From Squalus acanthias (Eukaryota): a DNA stretch of 64,000 nt. Every line of letters begins with the position of its first letter. Positions within the stretch are counted from its first letter, which is position 1. Below the pieces are notes generated by a model. It saw only the letters and a list, made by a program, of their open reading frames with translations. It did no database searches and was not told the DNA's origin. This document shows, piece after piece, positions 34,822 to 47,232 of this stretch. The DNA lies in the NCBI GenBank assembly GCA_030390025.1, contig CM059432.1:36582001-36646000 (forward strand), written 5' to 3'. The translations under genes were made by a program, and so were the position numbers.

Positions 34822-37775
34822 ATTTATCCTGACAGGAAGGGATAGAGAGTACAAATCTAAGAGTAAATCAACAGATAAGGCTAGAGGTTACAAAAATAAT
34901 AAAAGGACAAAACTAAAGGCTCTGCATCTGAATGCACGTAGTATTCGAAACAAAACAGATGAACTGATAGCGCAAATAGAAATAAATAAATATGATCTGA
35001 TAGCCATTACAGAAACATGGCTGCAGGATGACATAGATTGGGACCTGAATATTGAAGGGTACATGACATTTAGGAAGGACAGGAAGGTAGATAAGGTGGA
35101 GGGGTGGCTCTGTTAATTAATGATGGTATTAGAACAATAGAGAGGGATGACCTAAGTTCAGGAAACCAGGATGTAGAAGCGGTTTGGGTAGAGATGAGAA
35201 ATAATAAAGGCAAGAAGTCACTTGTGGGAGTGGTATACAGGCCCCCTAACAGTAACCACATGGTAGAATGGAGTATAAAGGAAGAAATAACGGGAGCTTG
35301 TCAGAAGGGTACGGCAATAATCATGGGGGATTTTAATCTACATATAGACTGGAAAAATCAGATGGGCAAAGGTAGCATAGATGAGGAGTTCATGGAATGT
35401 TTTCAGGATAGTTTCTTACAACAGCATGTTCTGGAGCCAACCAGAGAGCAGGCTATACTAGACCTGGTATTGTGCAACGAGATGGGATTAATTAATGACC
35501 TCATAGTGAAGGCGCCCCTAGGTAGCAGCGATCATAATATGATTGAATTTTACATTCAGTTTGAGAGAGAGAAGAGTGGGTCCAAGACTAGTATTTTAAA
35601 CTTAAACAAGGGCAATTATGAGGGCATGAAAGCAGAGCTAGCTAAAGTGAACTGGCAAATTAGGTTAAGGGATAGGTCAATAGAGTTGCAGTGGCAGACA
35701 TTTAAGGGGATATTTCAAAATACACAGAATATATACATTCCAACAAGAAAGAAAAATTCCAAGGGGAGGACCCACCATCCGTGGTTAACTAAAAAAGTTA
35801 AAGATAGTATTAAACTTAAAGAAAAAGCATATAATTACGCAAAGATGGGTGGCAGGTCAGAAGATTGGACAGAATATAAAAAACAGCAAAGAATTACTAA
35901 AAGATTAATGAGAGAAAAATTAGAGTACAAGAGAAAGCTAGCTAGAAATATAAAAACAGATAGTAAGAGTTTCTGTAGATATTTTAAAAAGAAGAGTTAA
36001 CAAAGTGAGCGTTAGTCCTATAAAAAAGTGAGTCTGGGGAATTAATAATGGAAAATAAGGAGATGGCAGTTGAATTGAACAGGTATTTTGCATCAGTTTT
36101 CACTATAGAGGACACAAGTAACATCCCAGAAATAGCTGTAAATCAGGAAATGGAAGGGAGGGAGGAACTCAAGAAAATTATAATCACCAGGGAAGTGGTA
36201 CTGAGCAAATTGTTGGAGCTGCGGGCTGACAAGTCCCCGGGTCCTGATGGACTTCATCCTAGGGTCTTAAAAGAAGTGGCTAGTGAGATAGTTGATGCAA
36301 TGGTTTTAATTTTCCAAAATTCCCTAGATTCGGGGAAGGTTCCATTAGATTGGAAAATAGCGAATGTAACTCCTTTATTCAAAAAGGGAGGGAGGCAGAA
36401 AGCGGGAAACTATAGGCCAGTTATCTTAACATCTGTCATAGAGAAGATGTTAGAAGCTATTATTAAAGATGTTATAGCAGGGCACTTAGAAAAGTTCAAA
36501 GTAATCAGGCAGAGTCAACATGGTTTTGTGCAAGGGAAATCATGTTTAACCAATTTATTGGAGTTCTTTGAGGAAGTAACATGTGCTGTGGATAAAGGGG
36601 AACCGGTGGATGTACTGTACTTGGATTTCCAGAAGGCATTTGATAAGGTGCCACATCAAAGGTTATTGCGGAAAATAAAAGCTCATGGTGTAGGGAGTAA
36701 CATATTGGCATGGATAGAAGATTGGCTAGCTAACAGGAAACAGAGAGTAGGCATAAATGGGTCATTTTCTGATTGGCAAGATGTAACGAGTGGTGTGCCA
36801 CAGGGATCAGTGCTGGGGCCTTAACTTTTTACAATTTATATAAATGACTTGGATGAAGGGACCGAAGGTATGGTTGCTAAATTTGCTTAAGACACAAAGG
36901 TAGGTAGGAAAGTAAATTGTGAAGAGGACATAAGGAGGCCATAGATAGGTTAAGTGAGTGGGCAAAGATCTGGCAAATGGAGTATAATGTGGGAAAATGT
37001 GAAGTTGTCCATTTTGGCAGGAAGAATAAAAAAGAAGCATAATATCTAAATGGTGAGAGATTGCAGAGCTCTGAGGTGCAGAGGGATTTGGGTGTCCTAG
37101 TGCATGAATCGCAAAAGGTTACTATGCAGGTACAGCAAGTAATTAGGAAAGCTAATAGAATGTTATCGTTTATTGCGAGGGGAATTGAATACAAAAGTAG
37201 GGAGGTTATGCTTCAGTTATACAGGGCATTGGTGAGACCACATCTGGAGTACTGTGTACAGTATTGGTCTCCTTATTTAAGGAAGGATGTAAATGCGTTG
37301 GAAGCAGTTCAGAGAAGGTTTACTAGACTAATACCTGGAATGGGCGGGTTATCTTATGAGGAAAGGTTGGACAGGCTAGGCTTGTATCCGCTGGAGTTTA
37401 GAAGAGTAAGAGGTGACTTTATTGAAACATATAAGATCCTGAGGGGTCTGGACAGGGTGGATGTGGAGAGGATGTTTCCTCTTGTGGGAGAATCTAGAAC
37501 TAGGGGTTGCCCATTTAAGACAGAGATGAGGAGAAATTTTTTCTCACAGAGGGTCGTGAGTCTTTGGAACTCTCTTCCTCAGAGGGCGGTGGAAGCAGAG
37601 TCTTTGAATATTTTTAAGGCAGAGGTAGATAGATTCTTGGTAAGCAAGAGGGTGAAAAGTTATCGGGGGTAGGCGGGAATGTGGAGTAATCGGATCAGCC
37701 ATGATCTTATTGAATGGCGGAGCAGGCTCGAAGGGCCGAGTGGCCTACTCCTGCTCCTAATTCGTATGTTCGTAT
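34822..37775 (+). mobile_element. CR1 LINE with nearly complete, decayed ORF2
   Basis: APE (NARS, ITETW, GDFN, SDH) and RT ORFs 35104-36000, 36048-36824, 37061-37672; tail ttcgtatgttcgtat. Confidence 0.93.
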
Positions 37776-37848
37776 CCTAAATTTACAGCCGTGTCGGGGA
37801 GCAAATAATTTTTGTACGTAAAGTTCTTTCTTTACAAACTGTTTTTAG

Positions 37849-37961
37849 GCGGTGGGGATGTGAAGATCGAGACTGGCAAGGCTGATTTCAAAAACAAAGC
37901 AGAGTCGAAAATTGAGTCCTTGGACAACCTCAACCATACTCCAGGAGGAGGCAACGTGAAG
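37849..37961 (+). CDS. MAP4: MAP4 repeat R4 exon (113 nt, counterpart of tau exon 12)
   Basis: gtttttag acceptor, AAG|GTGAGG donor; [38 protein letters not shown]. Confidence 0.95.
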
Positions 37962-38642
37962 GTGAGGCAGATATGGCAGGGTGGCAGAAACTAGACCAGT
38001 ACAGTGGCTAAAAAAGCATCAACTCGTCACACCAGCTGTGAACAAGGCCTGCGAAACTTCTTCTCCTCTATCTTCTAATTTGCATCTATCTTTGTTCTGT
38101 AGCCTCCCCAGGTTTTTCTCTACCTTTCTCTCCTTTCTTGAGGGTAGTGACTCCCTTGCTGGGTGTGCAGTTCCACAGATGGTGATGGTGACCCTTTGGT
38201 ACCTCACAAAAGTGGCTGTTATGCCTCTGTGAGCCTAGGGGTATGGGGCAGCAAGATAATTAACTGAGGGCATCACAACCAAGCCTGATACTGTCCTCGC
38301 CTAAAGTCTGTACACACGCCCTTCCAGCAATGGAAAGCGATCAGGAGCACTGGCTGATTTTTTTTTTCTCTTTTCCTCCAACCCCTTAACCCAAGGGTGT
38401 TGAAGCTAAATGTAACATCCCTGCCACCACCCCAGCTAAGATCAAACAAATTGCCACACGTTGAACCTATTTGGCTCATACATGCTGTCTTTACCAACTG
38501 AGCCATTTAAGTATTTAGTTCTGCCCCACCCTGCCCCAATCAGCCTCTAGTCTTCCAGGGACATGTACAGTGGGGGAGAAGGAACCAGAAAGGTGGGGGA
38601 AGTTGCTCCTTGGTCCGTGCCAGTCAAAAAGCTCGGCACTAC

Positions 38643-39340
38643 TGTAAGACGTTCTGATTGTCTGACAGTTGATAGAGTTCAGACCCATGGAATAGACAAC
38701 ACAAAACCCAATGAATCTGTGAAACTTCTTTTACTTAAAAATCAACAAGAGGTTACAAGTAATTACCAGAATACAAACTGTACTCAATTCATGTACTTAT
38801 TACAAGCAAGCATCTAAAATCATTTACATTAAGCTCAGGTGATTATAAGCAAAACCACATACACACTATTCACCAGATGAGAGGTCAATTCAACGATGAT
38901 AGACATATGACTAACTTTAACTGGCAACTGACCAGGTCACCATCGACTATAGCCCCGACTGCAGCCCCGAATGTTTTGAAACCTTTTATACCCCAAAGTT
39001 TGGCAACTCTCCCACTGCGTACGTGTCCCTAACTATATGGCATAATGGTCGGCAGTTGTTTCCCAGACCCTCTTATCACTAGTCCGTTAGTCAACTGTGG
39101 GCCTTCAAGGCGAGGTACATTCCATAGTCTGAAGATGTTTCTGTTATTTCACTGATTTCACAGTCAATAGTCTGTTCCCACAGAACTTCAATAAGCTTGT
39201 TTTCCATATCTTTTGAAAGACAATTGGCAGCTTTTACAGCTTACAAGTCAAACAGTTTATTTTGCAAAGTTCTCACAGCAACCAGTCTTTGTCCTTTGGT
39301 AAAATTTGGTCAACTTTTACAGCAAATAGTGTGTTCTACA
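38643..39340 (-). mobile_element. Solo LTR
   Basis: TGTAAGA...TTCTACA termini, perfect 4-bp TSD ctac; TATAAAA and AGTAAA in LTR order on the minus strand. Confidence 0.75.
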
Positions 39341-39869
39341 CTACACAGAACAAATCTTGTCCGCTTGAGCGTCATCCCATCCACCTGCTTAAACATTCAT
39401 TGTAATTTCAGGGTGTCTGTAATGGGAGAGTTAGGTAACCAGAGGGGATGAGCTTCGATGGCTTTTTCTTGCCCCTGACTTTTATTTTCTTGTGATGTAG
39501 CAGGGAGGGATGTACAGCTGTCAAGGAGGGCTGTGTAAACCACTCCCCCACTCCTGGTTTTCTTGCTGAGTAAGAAGAGTTTACTTGGACTTTTATAGGA
39601 CTCAATACCTGAAGTTAACTGTGCTGGTGTGACCACGATCGCTGTCCTACTCACTTGTACAGATTTATTGAGGCTTTGAGTGGTAACCAGGGGGCTAAAG
39701 TTTTGCCACCCTGAGTCGAGCTTTGGGGTAAGGGAGATGAAGTTGGGTGGGGGTAGAAAAGAACAGACCTGGAAGTGTCGGTGGAATGGCGTGCAGGTAA
39801 CGGAGTTTATCACAAGCTTCCATTTTTCTTTTGTATCCAAAATCTCACTTTCACTTCTTTTTCATGAAG

Positions 39870-40172
39870 ATTGAAGCATTAATCAACGACCAATTTTATA
39901 AGCTTGCCCTCCAGTTTGAGATTCTGCTTCAGGGCAGCTGTGTCAGTCTCGCCGCCAGCATCTGTTGTATACGTCGAAGGGGCTCTCGCTGTGATAGTGC
40001 ACTGCCGACTTGTGATACTCCCACCGTCCTGGAACTCCTGAACATAAACACCCCGACGCTCCGGCTGCAGTACACACCCAATATTTGTGCTAGTCTGTAT
40101 GATCCACAGTCAGGCTGCCTGTCTTGCCTGGCTTTCTCGGGTCATGGAGCCGTTTTTAATGCGTTGTCGTAG
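39870..40172 (+). CDS. Candidate alternative terminal exon (100 aa, IEALINDQ...NALS*)
   Basis: About 50 nt AG-free pyrimidine tract, aag|ATTGAA, open in the phase required after R4; non-repetitive sequence; no recognisable homology. Confidence 0.25.
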   Translation: MEALINDQFYKLALQFEILLQGSCVSLAASICCIRRRGSRCDSALPTCDTPTVLELLNINTPTLRLQYTPNICASLYDPQSGCLSCLAFSGHGAVFNALS

Positions 40173-40899
40173 TGCTGTGACTCTCCGAACTGGCTCAGTG
40201 TCAATTCCCAGGTCCACTGCATGTGTAAAAATGTCATGATGTGGGGCATTTGTTCACAACAGGAACTCAGCACATGCACAGTCAAAAAAGATGTCCATTT
40301 TCTGAATCTGCCTCCAACAAGCCTAGGGAGTATTGAGCGTGGGAGAGGGGAACATGTTGTTTTACCTATCTCTTTGATCAAGCTTTTGTTCACCTGCCCT
40401 AATTTCTCCTTATGTGGCTCGGTGTCAAATTTTTTGTCTTTTAATACTCCTGTGAAGCACCTTGAGAGGTTTTACTACGTTAAAGGCGCTATATAAATAC
40501 AAGTTGTTGTTGTTTTGATATTGCTCTGCAGGGATTCATGGGGATTTTTGTGTCCCAAAGTGGCTGCCAGACTCTCTCTCTTCCCTCCTTTCTCCTTCGC
40601 TCCCTATTTATCCCGCTCTGTTTCATTCTTTGAATCTCCCTTCAATCTACAAGCTTTCAAAATCCAATTTTGCCATCAGCTAACTGCTGATTCTCAATTT
40701 GTCTGGTTTCTCCCACTCATTCCTACTCGGCAGTGCCCTAAAGTGTGGACCCTGGCCATTCACCCAGGTTTATCAATAATTTAACAGCTAAGTAGATAAC
40801 CAGGGATACCCAGTAAATAATCGGTTACCCAATGAATAAGCAACAGGAAGAGTCATCAATATTGACATCAGGCAACACCTAACTCTCCAATCTCAGTTC

Positions 40900-42120
40900 G
40901 GGTTCCACCGTACCACTGTATTCTAAACCTCTTCATAGCCTTGATCCAGGTGTGTTTACAAGACCTGAATGCCAGTCCAGGAGAAGTGAGAGTAGCTATT
41001 TTCAACATCAAGGTAGTACTTGGCTAAGTAGGGCACCAAGGAGCTCTACCAAAACTGAGCTCAGTGGGGGTTAAGGGGAAAAACCTTATAGTGGCTGTTG
41101 TCCTGGCACACAGGAAGATGGTCATGGTTGTTGGCGGCCAATCGTCGCAGTCCCAGGACATTGCTCCAAGAGGGTCCTCAGCCCAACCATCTCCAGCTGC
41201 TTCATCAATGATCTTCCCTCCATCAAAGATCAGTTTGCTAATGATTCTTTTGAGTGTTCTTCTCCATTTACAACTCCTATAATAATGAAGCAGCCCATGC
41301 CAGCCTATAGCAGGACCTGGACAACATCCAGAGATTAGCTGATGGCAAGTGGCAGGTAACATTCACGCCACAAAAGTGCCAGGTTATGATAATCTCCTAC
41401 AAGAAAAAGCCCTTGGCCCAATCACCGAGTGTCTCACCATCATCATTCTGGGGGTCACCGTTGAGTGACCAAAAGCTTTGTTGGCTAGCCATATCAACAC
41501 CATGGCTTCAAGAACAGGGTAGAGGCTGGATACTCTGCGACAAGTAGTCACCTCCTGACCAACGTCCCTCATAAGTGGCACTGGCTCTTGCGCAGTCTGC
41601 CTCCCCCAGTGCGCAGCCCATTCAAATTTTTGCACATGTGCGGTATCTACAATAGAAAAGTTGGTGAGCAGCCTGCACCGGACCTTGCAGATGACTGCGC
41701 AGCTTAGCGGGAACGTTGCTCCTGACCCCTCCGAGCCTTTCCACCTTCTACAAGGCTCAAGCCAAGAGTGTGATGGAATGGCCTGGATGGATCCAGCTGC
41801 AACAACATTCAAAGCTTGACACCATCCAGGACAGCAGTTCGCTTAATTTGCACCCCTGCCGTGAACTCAATATCCACCACCGGCGCGCCATGGCTGCAGT
41901 ATGTACAATCTTCAGAATACACTGTAGCAACTCACCAAGATTACTGTGCCAGCCCCATGACATCCACCACCAAGGAGGACCAGAATAGCAATGTCATTGG
42001 AGCACCATCACAACAAGAACTGCTGCGTTCAAGAAGAACACAGTCCATCGCCACCATCTCGGGGCAGCTAGGAATGGGCCTTCACAGTGTCACCACATCC
42101 CAAGAACAAATATTTAATTT
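40900..42120 (+). mobile_element. Heavily decayed Zenon-like LINE with hAT MITE insertion
   Basis: LSTFYKAQAKSVME and KLDTIQD remnants; tail ccacatccc. Confidence 0.75.
41560..41718. mobile_element. hAT-type MITE
   Basis: caacgtccc...gggaacgttg TIRs; perfect 8-bp TSD ctcctgac (41552-41559, 41719-41726). Confidence 0.88.
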
Positions 42121-43859
42121 TTAAAAATACATCATTCAAGGCTCATTCACTCTCTCCTATTAGCTCCGTATATTTATCGTGTAGAATGAAGACCAGACTG
42201 GTCTCCATTCTAAACGAGGAAACTGATCTCACCCGAGGTAGACTAGCCATATTATAGTTAGTCACAGGGCTCGCGGTTCCTGCTCCCGGTCTCTCTCCAC
42301 CGCCCTTTTTTTCTGGAAATTGTGTGGAAGTTGGGTGAAGGTAGGATTGGACTTAAATGTGGTTGAATTGGCTGCTGTCATTCCCTGACGATGCTCCGAC
42401 ATACAGAATGCCCACTTGGGCGAGGTACTGGAGGATGACCCCTCTCATGGAACTGAATTCCAGCAAGAGTCGGTGCCTTCAGGAGAACAGGAAGGAACAT
42501 TGCCAATTGGCGGAGTGGGTGGGGTAAATTTTGCCCAGTGCTATCTGTGTACATGCCCCACCCACCCCTTTGCCTTTGTTCTTGTCCCCTGTCCCTACTC
42601 ACCCAAGACCCAGCTGCTCCTTGGATGAGTTTTCTTTCTTCCCTGTTTCCTTCCCCCACCTCAAATAAAGCTGGCTCTGCAGAGTGTGGGAAGTTGTGGA
42701 GTTTAACCACATCTTGTCCTTTGCATGGACTGAGTTCCTTCACCATCTAGGAGGGCACCTCCCACTCAGGCCGTGTCATCGTCATCGGTCGCCTATCATC
42801 AGAGCTCTTCGTTGACTTGTTCTGTACTGCGGCTGTGTCACATCTTGCAGGTTGTGGAGGCTGTTAGATAATTCAAGGATTAGCTCATCTGTCTTTTGAT
42901 GGCATTTCCTCCATCAAGTGTCCCACTCCCATCCTCCTGTCTAAAGTCGTTGGCACTTTCTGGAGGTGGCCCGGCAACTGAACTGCCACCCAGCACTTGG
43001 TGTTGGCCAGTCACCAGTAATACCGCCTGCTGTCATGACAGTATCTGGTTTTAACACCTGACCTGACCTACTAGGCCGTATCACAAGGTAGAAATCAGCT
43101 CTTTTTTCCTTTCCTTCCCCCTTTCCCTGTTGGTTCAGTGGGAAAATACACTGCCTGGTATAGTACAAAAGCCATACAGATTGGCGAGTTCTAGGTTCAA
43201 TTCACATTCCTTGCTGACGTCATTGATCTGAGGCAGGCAGCAGCCAGAAAGCTAGTTAGCCTCAGTACCCTTGGGCTGAGGAGGAGAAAAATCAGCCACC
43301 GTTCCTGCTGCTGATCACCATCCAGGGACACCTGCTGGAAGGTGCACATAGGTGGTTGAGAACCAGGTAAGGTTTGGTAGTGATGGCTCCGCAGCCGAAT
43401 AGCCTGCTGATATTCGCTCACACATAAATATTGAAAACTTGGGCAAGGTACCTTGAGGAATGTAGGTGGAAGCGTGGTGCCCAAACCCAAGCAAGAGTCC
43501 CATCTTCAGTAGGGAAGAGCAAATTGGAAAAATACATTTAAAATGGATGAAAAATTGCAGTGGGGAAGAGATGTCGTACAGTTTTTTAGTGCACATTTAG
43601 GTTTCCTGTTTGCCAGTTGTTTTCTGAGTGCTCCCGATGTATTTACTGCATTCAGGAATGTTACCATCTTCATGTACCACAGTGTTCTGTTTTTTAATTG
43701 CAGTCGATGTGATAGCATTTTATGTTTCTGCACAGAATCTGTGTCTGCGTAATTTCACTTTAGGAATTACTGTACACACAGAAAAGAGATGGCTTGAATT
43801 TTGACCTTGTGTGTTGTGTCCTTTATTTCACCCCCCCTCCCTTTTTTTGGTCTTTTCAG

Positions 43860-43871
43860 TATTTTGACATG
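43860..43871 (+). CDS. MAP4: Candidate 12-nt in-frame microexon (YFDM)
   Basis: About 70 nt AG-free pyrimidine-rich tract ending ttttcag, then TATTTTGACATG, then GTGAGG. Confidence 0.45.
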
Positions 43872-43908
43872 GTGAGGAAGGAAAATGCACTGGGGAACTA
43901 GAGAGCCT

Positions 43909-44656
43909 GGGCTAGAAATTCGGCCCATTTGTGCCTGCCGTTAGCGCCTCCGGGGGGCAAAGGGCTTATCGCCTGGTGGGGTGTCCAAAAAAACGCCTCC
44001 TGAGAAATTCGGCGGGGCGTTGCTGAGGAGCTATCCGATAGCGCCGCGCCCTCGCCAGTATCGCCTGCGCCGCCAGCGATTATGTCATCGCCGTGCGCCG
44101 CAACCCCTTAGCGCCCTGCCGCGGCCCCTTAATGCCCAGCGGCAGAAATTCATCTGCGCCCCGCGCAACTGCCACGGACGGTGTCAGCGGCAGCCTCGTG
44201 GGTCGCGAGCCGGGCCGACTTCCGCTCGCAGGGCGGTATTTAAAGGGCGAGGTGAGGCTGCGACCCGCGCCGCCATCTATTTTTGGCCGAGCTTCAGGTT
44301 GGCCCTCCGTGGTGTGCCATGGCGTGGTCCTGGCCGCCATTGCGCAGCCTGGCACCGTGTTTCGGTGCCGGGCTGTGGCCGCGGCACCATGCCGCCCTGG
44401 TGGCCTAGTGTGGGCCATCCGAGGCGCTGCAAAGTGCGCAGCGGCCCTCCCCTTTAACTGAAGGGGAGGGGCGTTGAAACGCGGAGCGCTGCCAATCGCG
44501 CCCCAACATCACCTTGGTTACCGCCCCAGCAGGAAGTGGAGCGCCCGAGATTGCGCTCCACTTCCTGTGCGGGGCAGTACTTCAGTGCCGGGCGCTAAAT
44601 GTCCGGCCTTAACTCAGTTACCGCCCCCAAATGGGGCGTAACCGAATTTTGCGCCC
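43909..44656. mobile_element. GC/CpG-rich non-autonomous DNA transposon (PIF/Harbinger-like)
   Basis: Imperfect TIRs GGGCTAGAAATTCGG and CCGAATTTTGCGCCC; internal hairpin aggaagtggagcgc...gcgctccacttcct; TSD unclear. Confidence 0.65.
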
Positions 44657-45169
44657 AGGAGATCTTCACCCACACATCTGATGCTGACGTGCACAGAGTC
44701 TTTCGACTACGTCTTTTGTACTCCCGGAAAGTTTGGCTTTTGCATTGAGTGAATAGGCTCCAACCTTCCTCTCTCTGTCACTACATTTCTCATCTCTGTT
44801 TCTCTTATCAATGCTCTTCTGAACTTTCACACCTTGTTCCTCCTAAGCTTCAAATACCCGAACTGCACACTCCTCCTCCATTCTACATTCTCACCGTGTT
44901 AGAGCAATGAACCTTACTTTTATTTCCTGCTCACTCGTTCTCTTTCTCTCTTCCCCCAACCACCCGCCCCCCCACCCCCCCCCCCCCCCAACACCTCAAA
45001 GCTGTGGACCTCCTTAACCTCCAGTCTGTCTGTCATCCTAAAGTCTGAAAGATTACCTTTCCCTAATCACTGTTCCTTTTATTTGCTGCTTCATCTCTCT
45101 CTCTCTCTCTCTTTTCGACGATGATGCTGTCCATTGTGGCCCTTGGCCCACTACCTCGATCAAGCCCCG

Positions 45170-47232
45170 ATCCATGATTTGAGCACATATTCCAGACTGA
45201 CAACTTCAGTGCAGTACTGAGGGGGTGTTGCATGGTCAGAGATGCCGTCTTTCAGATGAGATATTAAACCGAGGGCCTGTCTGCCATAAATATCCTACGG
45301 CACTATTTGAAGTAAACCAGGGGAGTTCACCTGGTGTCCTGGCCAATTTTTATCCAACATCATTAACAGATCATCTCATCTTTTGTCTCATTGCTTTTTG
45401 TGGGACCTTGCTGTGCGCAAAATGACCGCTGCATTTCCCTACAATACAACAATGACAACACTTCAAAAGCATTCATCAGCAAAGTGATGGAAGGTGTCAT
45501 CGACAGTGCTATCAAGCGGCACTTACTCACCACTAACCTGCTCACTGATGCCCAGTTTGGGTTCCGCCAAGACCACTCGGCTCCTGACCTCATTACAGCC
45601 TTGGTCCAAACATGGACAAAGGAGCTGAATTCCAGAGGTGAGATGAGAGTGACTGCCCTTGACATCAAGGTAGCATTTGACTTAAATAAAAACAGAAAAT
45701 GCTGGAAATACTCAGCAGGTCAGGCAGCATCTGTGGAGAGAGAAACAGAGTTAACATTTCAGGTCGATGACCCTTTGTCAGAACTGGAAAAAGTTGGAGA
45801 TGGAACAGGTTTTTTAAGCAAGTGTAGGGGCAGGGGGAGGGGAGGAAAGAACAAAAGGGAAGGTCTGTGATCGGATGGAAGGCAGGAGAGATTAAGAAAC
45901 AAAAGGGATGATGGTGCAAGGCAAAAGGAGATGGTAATGGGACAAGTTAAGAAACAAAAGATGACTCTAGATGAAGTGTAAATGGCAATGCCAGAATGAT
46001 CGACAGCTGCCATGTGAGAGAATTTGACCGAGTGTGGCATCGAGGAGCCCTAGTAAAACTGAAGTCAATGGGAATCGGGGGGGAAAACTCTCCACTGGCT
46101 GGAGTCATACCTAGCACAAAGGAAGATGGTTGTAGTGGTTGAAGGTCAATCATCACAGCCCCAGGACATCGCTGCAGGAGTTCCTCAGGGCAGTGTCCTA
46201 GGCCCAACCATCTTCAGCTGCTTCATCAATGACCTTCCCTCCCACATAAGGTCAGAAATGGGGATGTTCGCTGATGACTGCACAGTGTTCAGCGCCATTC
46301 ACAACTCCTCAGATAATGAAGCAGTCCATGCCCGCATGCAACAAGACCTGGACGACGTTCTGGCTGGGGCTGATAAGTGGCAGGTAACATTTGTGCCACA
46401 GAAGTACCAGGCAATGACTATCTCCAACAAGCGAGAGTCTAACCATCGCCTCTTGACATTCAATGGCATTACCATCAACGAATCCCCCACCATCAACATC
46501 CTGGGCATCACCATTGACCAGAAACTTAGTTGGACCAGCCACATAAATACTGTGGCAACAAGAGCGGGTCAGAGGCTGGGTATTCTGCAGCGAGTGTCTC
46601 ACCTCCTGACTCCCCAAAACCTTTCCACCATCTACAAGGCACAAGTAAGGAGTGTGATGGAATACTCTCCACTTGCCTGGATGAATGCAGCTCCAACAAC
46701 ACTCAAGAAGCTCAACACCATCCAGGATAAAGCAGCCTGCTTGATTGGCACCCCATCCACCACCTTAAACATTCACTCCCTCCACCACCGGCGTACCGTG
46801 GCTGCAGTGTGTACCATCTACAAGATGCACTGCAGCAGCTGGCCAAGGCTTCTTCGGCAGCACCTCCCAAACCCACGACCTCTACCACCTAGAAGGACAA
46901 GGGTAGCAGGTGCTTGGAAACACCACCACCTCCAAGTTCCCCTCCAAGTCACACACCATCCTGACACCATCGCCGATCCTTCATTGTCACTGGGTCAAAA
47001 TCCTGGAACTCCCTACTTAACAGCACTGTGGGAGTACCTTCACCCCATGGACTGCAGCAGTTGAAGAAGGCGGCTCACCACCACTTTCTCAAGGGAAATT
47101 AAGGATGGGCAATAAATGCTGGCCTTGCCAACGACGCCCACATCCTATAAAAATGAATTTTTTTAAAAATTCATCGGCTTGAAGCGTGTTGGGACATCCC
47201 TGAGGTCATGAAAGGTGGTTTATAAATGCAAG
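45170..47232 (+). mobile_element. DeuSINE split by a Zenon-like LINE (45472-47170)
   Basis: Deu core at 45170-45470; tail resumes at 47170; attcatc repeated at both junctions; RT ORF 46126-47064. Confidence 0.8.
45682..46021 (-). mobile_element. Penelope-like element end with decayed minimal hammerhead ribozyme
   Basis: aaatgctggaaatactcagcaggtcaggcagcatctgtggagagag terminus; 7-bp TSD atttgac (45675-45681, 46022-46028). Confidence 0.7.

Noticed and set aside
28297..37961. 288-nt in-frame R2-R4 circle with an internal ATG, analogous to tau 12-to-10 circular RNA
   Set aside because: Arithmetically possible, but no close flanking inverted repeats or other sequence evidence for back-splicing.
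42660..43090. Non-repetitive stretch that might be another exon
   Set aside because: Frames examined close early and no convincing acceptor-donor pair or homology was found.
43981..44461. Overlapping ORFs of 112-158 aa
   Set aside because: GC-rich transposon interior with few stop codons; no transposase motifs.
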